Positions 62,711 through 64,000 of a stretch of 64,000 bases of DNA are shown here, piece by piece. The number at the start of each line of letters is the position of its first letter. The stretch's first letter is position 1. Below the pieces are notes generated by a model. That model saw only the letters and a list, made by a program, of their open reading frames with translations. It searched no databases and was not told the DNA's origin. Source of the stretch: Catajapyx aquilonaris (Eukaryota); assembly GCA_000934665.2 (NCBI GenBank), contig KZ538130.1, forward strand, positions 1-64,000, written 5' to 3'. Position numbers and translations under genes: made by a program.

Positions 62711-63138
62711 GGGTGTTATGCAATAATGAGTCAGCCCACATGAGAACAGCTTTGAAGATGATACCCGTGAAATTAATTCAGTGTTCTATTCTGTCATTTA
62801 TGGCAGAAGTATGCAGATTTCACCAGCGTGATTTTAGCTGAATGAAGTAGGATCCTTTAGGTATATGTCCCTGGGCTAATTAGTTCAATTTTGATATTTT
62901 TGTGGGTTGACAAATTATTGCATAACACCGTACATGCAGACCATGTGTGAGTTAATTTTTCCATCATTTGTGGCAGAAGTATCGCCACCTTGATTTTAAC
63001 TGAATGAAGTACTGGTAGATAGGGGCTTCCCTAGCAACAGCTCTATTTAGAGCCCCCCCCTGAACTTTGGGTGTATGTTTCTTGGCTTCACTCAATTTTG
63101 ATAATTTTGTGGGTTGACCTATTATTGCATAATACCGT
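62711..63138. mobile_element. Mariner-like MITE plus tandem partial duplicate
   Basis: ggtgttatgcaataat..attattgcataacaccgta. Its internal sequence is repeated at about 62945-63138. Confidence 0.6.
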
Positions 63139-64000
63139 CAAATTGCCCTGTACTAGAAAATAGTTGAGCCAACCAAAAGCGTGTTTTATTCAACCGTATC
63201 GGACTACAGGTACTGCCAAACAATTCATTAAGGTTTAGTTACGGAAACCAACATTTCGGTTGTATTGGTTAACATTGGATGGGCTGACTCAAAGGTTGGT
63301 AGAAACAATCGTGTACCTGTCAAACAAAAGGTCTTGTTCAACCAATGTTCAGCATAGAATCGTGAATAAAATAGAGAAAATGAATATTGTCAATGGGCTG
63401 ATCCTGACCAAATAAAGGGAGGAGACAAGCGGCAAATGCGATACTAACAGCGCGCTAATTAGCCATCAACTCCGCGAGAAAAGCGAGGTCCTGATAGGGC
63501 ACGGCAAGAAGCTGTGACAACGATTCCTGTTTTTTTTTTTTGTAATTTTTTTCCTTAGATGCTCGCCGAAAAACTCCGCTACCAGACCCTCCGTTTCCAG
63601 ACTGGATTTATTTGCTTCCTTTCAGGAATGTTTCCAAAATCAATTTGCCCCCCACCAGCCTCCTATTCTCCACCCTCCCCTTCCCCCCAGCCTGTGCCTC
63701 CCAGCCTTCCCGCCCCTTCTTTTTCAGATTAAAGTACTGCAAGAATTTCTAGCGAGAAAGGGCGGCGAGTCCTGAGCAAATGCGCTGAAATATATCGGGA
63801 GGATGGGTGGGTTTGGAGGGGGCGCCAACGCAAAAATGTGCCTCTTTGCTTAAGTGGATGGATAGGTCGATCCAGGGGGGGAAACTGTGGGGGTGGGGGA
63901 GGGAGAGGCGCTACTTGCAGTTTGGGCCGCGGACCATTCATTTTTCATCGCGCCATCACCCTTGGCCCGTTTCCAAACGCGCCCCACATCCTTCCTTTTA

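Noticed and set aside
63530..63760. Plus-strand acceptor-like tracts near the window end
   Set aside because: No convincing coding exon or donor follows, so a gene cannot be supported.

Overview
Intron-rich eukaryotic (arthropod-like) genomic DNA with three spliced protein-coding genes reconstructed by hand from GT-AG boundaries and reading phase. (1) + strand, about 3883-14115, 5' end unresolved: a type-I membrane protein with an S/T-rich mucin-like region, 10 EGF/cbEGF repeats, an SEA-like domain, 3 EGF repeats, a TM helix and a short tail. (2) + strand, 16757-26474: a 9-exon, 595-aa divergent ionotropic receptor (IR, variant iGluR). (3) - strand, 44332-30683: a complete 455-aa glutamate-gated chloride channel (GluCl) with two mutually exclusive 68-nt versions of exon 3 and a candidate distal non-coding first exon near 53.6 kb. 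Non-coding DNA is full of MITE/foldback elements, two Helitron-like copies and tRNA-derived SINEs, often nested. Best leads, all untested: competing RNA pairings around the GluCl exon-3 pair, a minisatellite that amplifies a 5' splice site nine times inside self-masking hairpins, one SINE core carrying three different 3' tails, and an IR intron made almost entirely of microsatellite. No database searches or folding calculations were run, and family names come from motif recognition.
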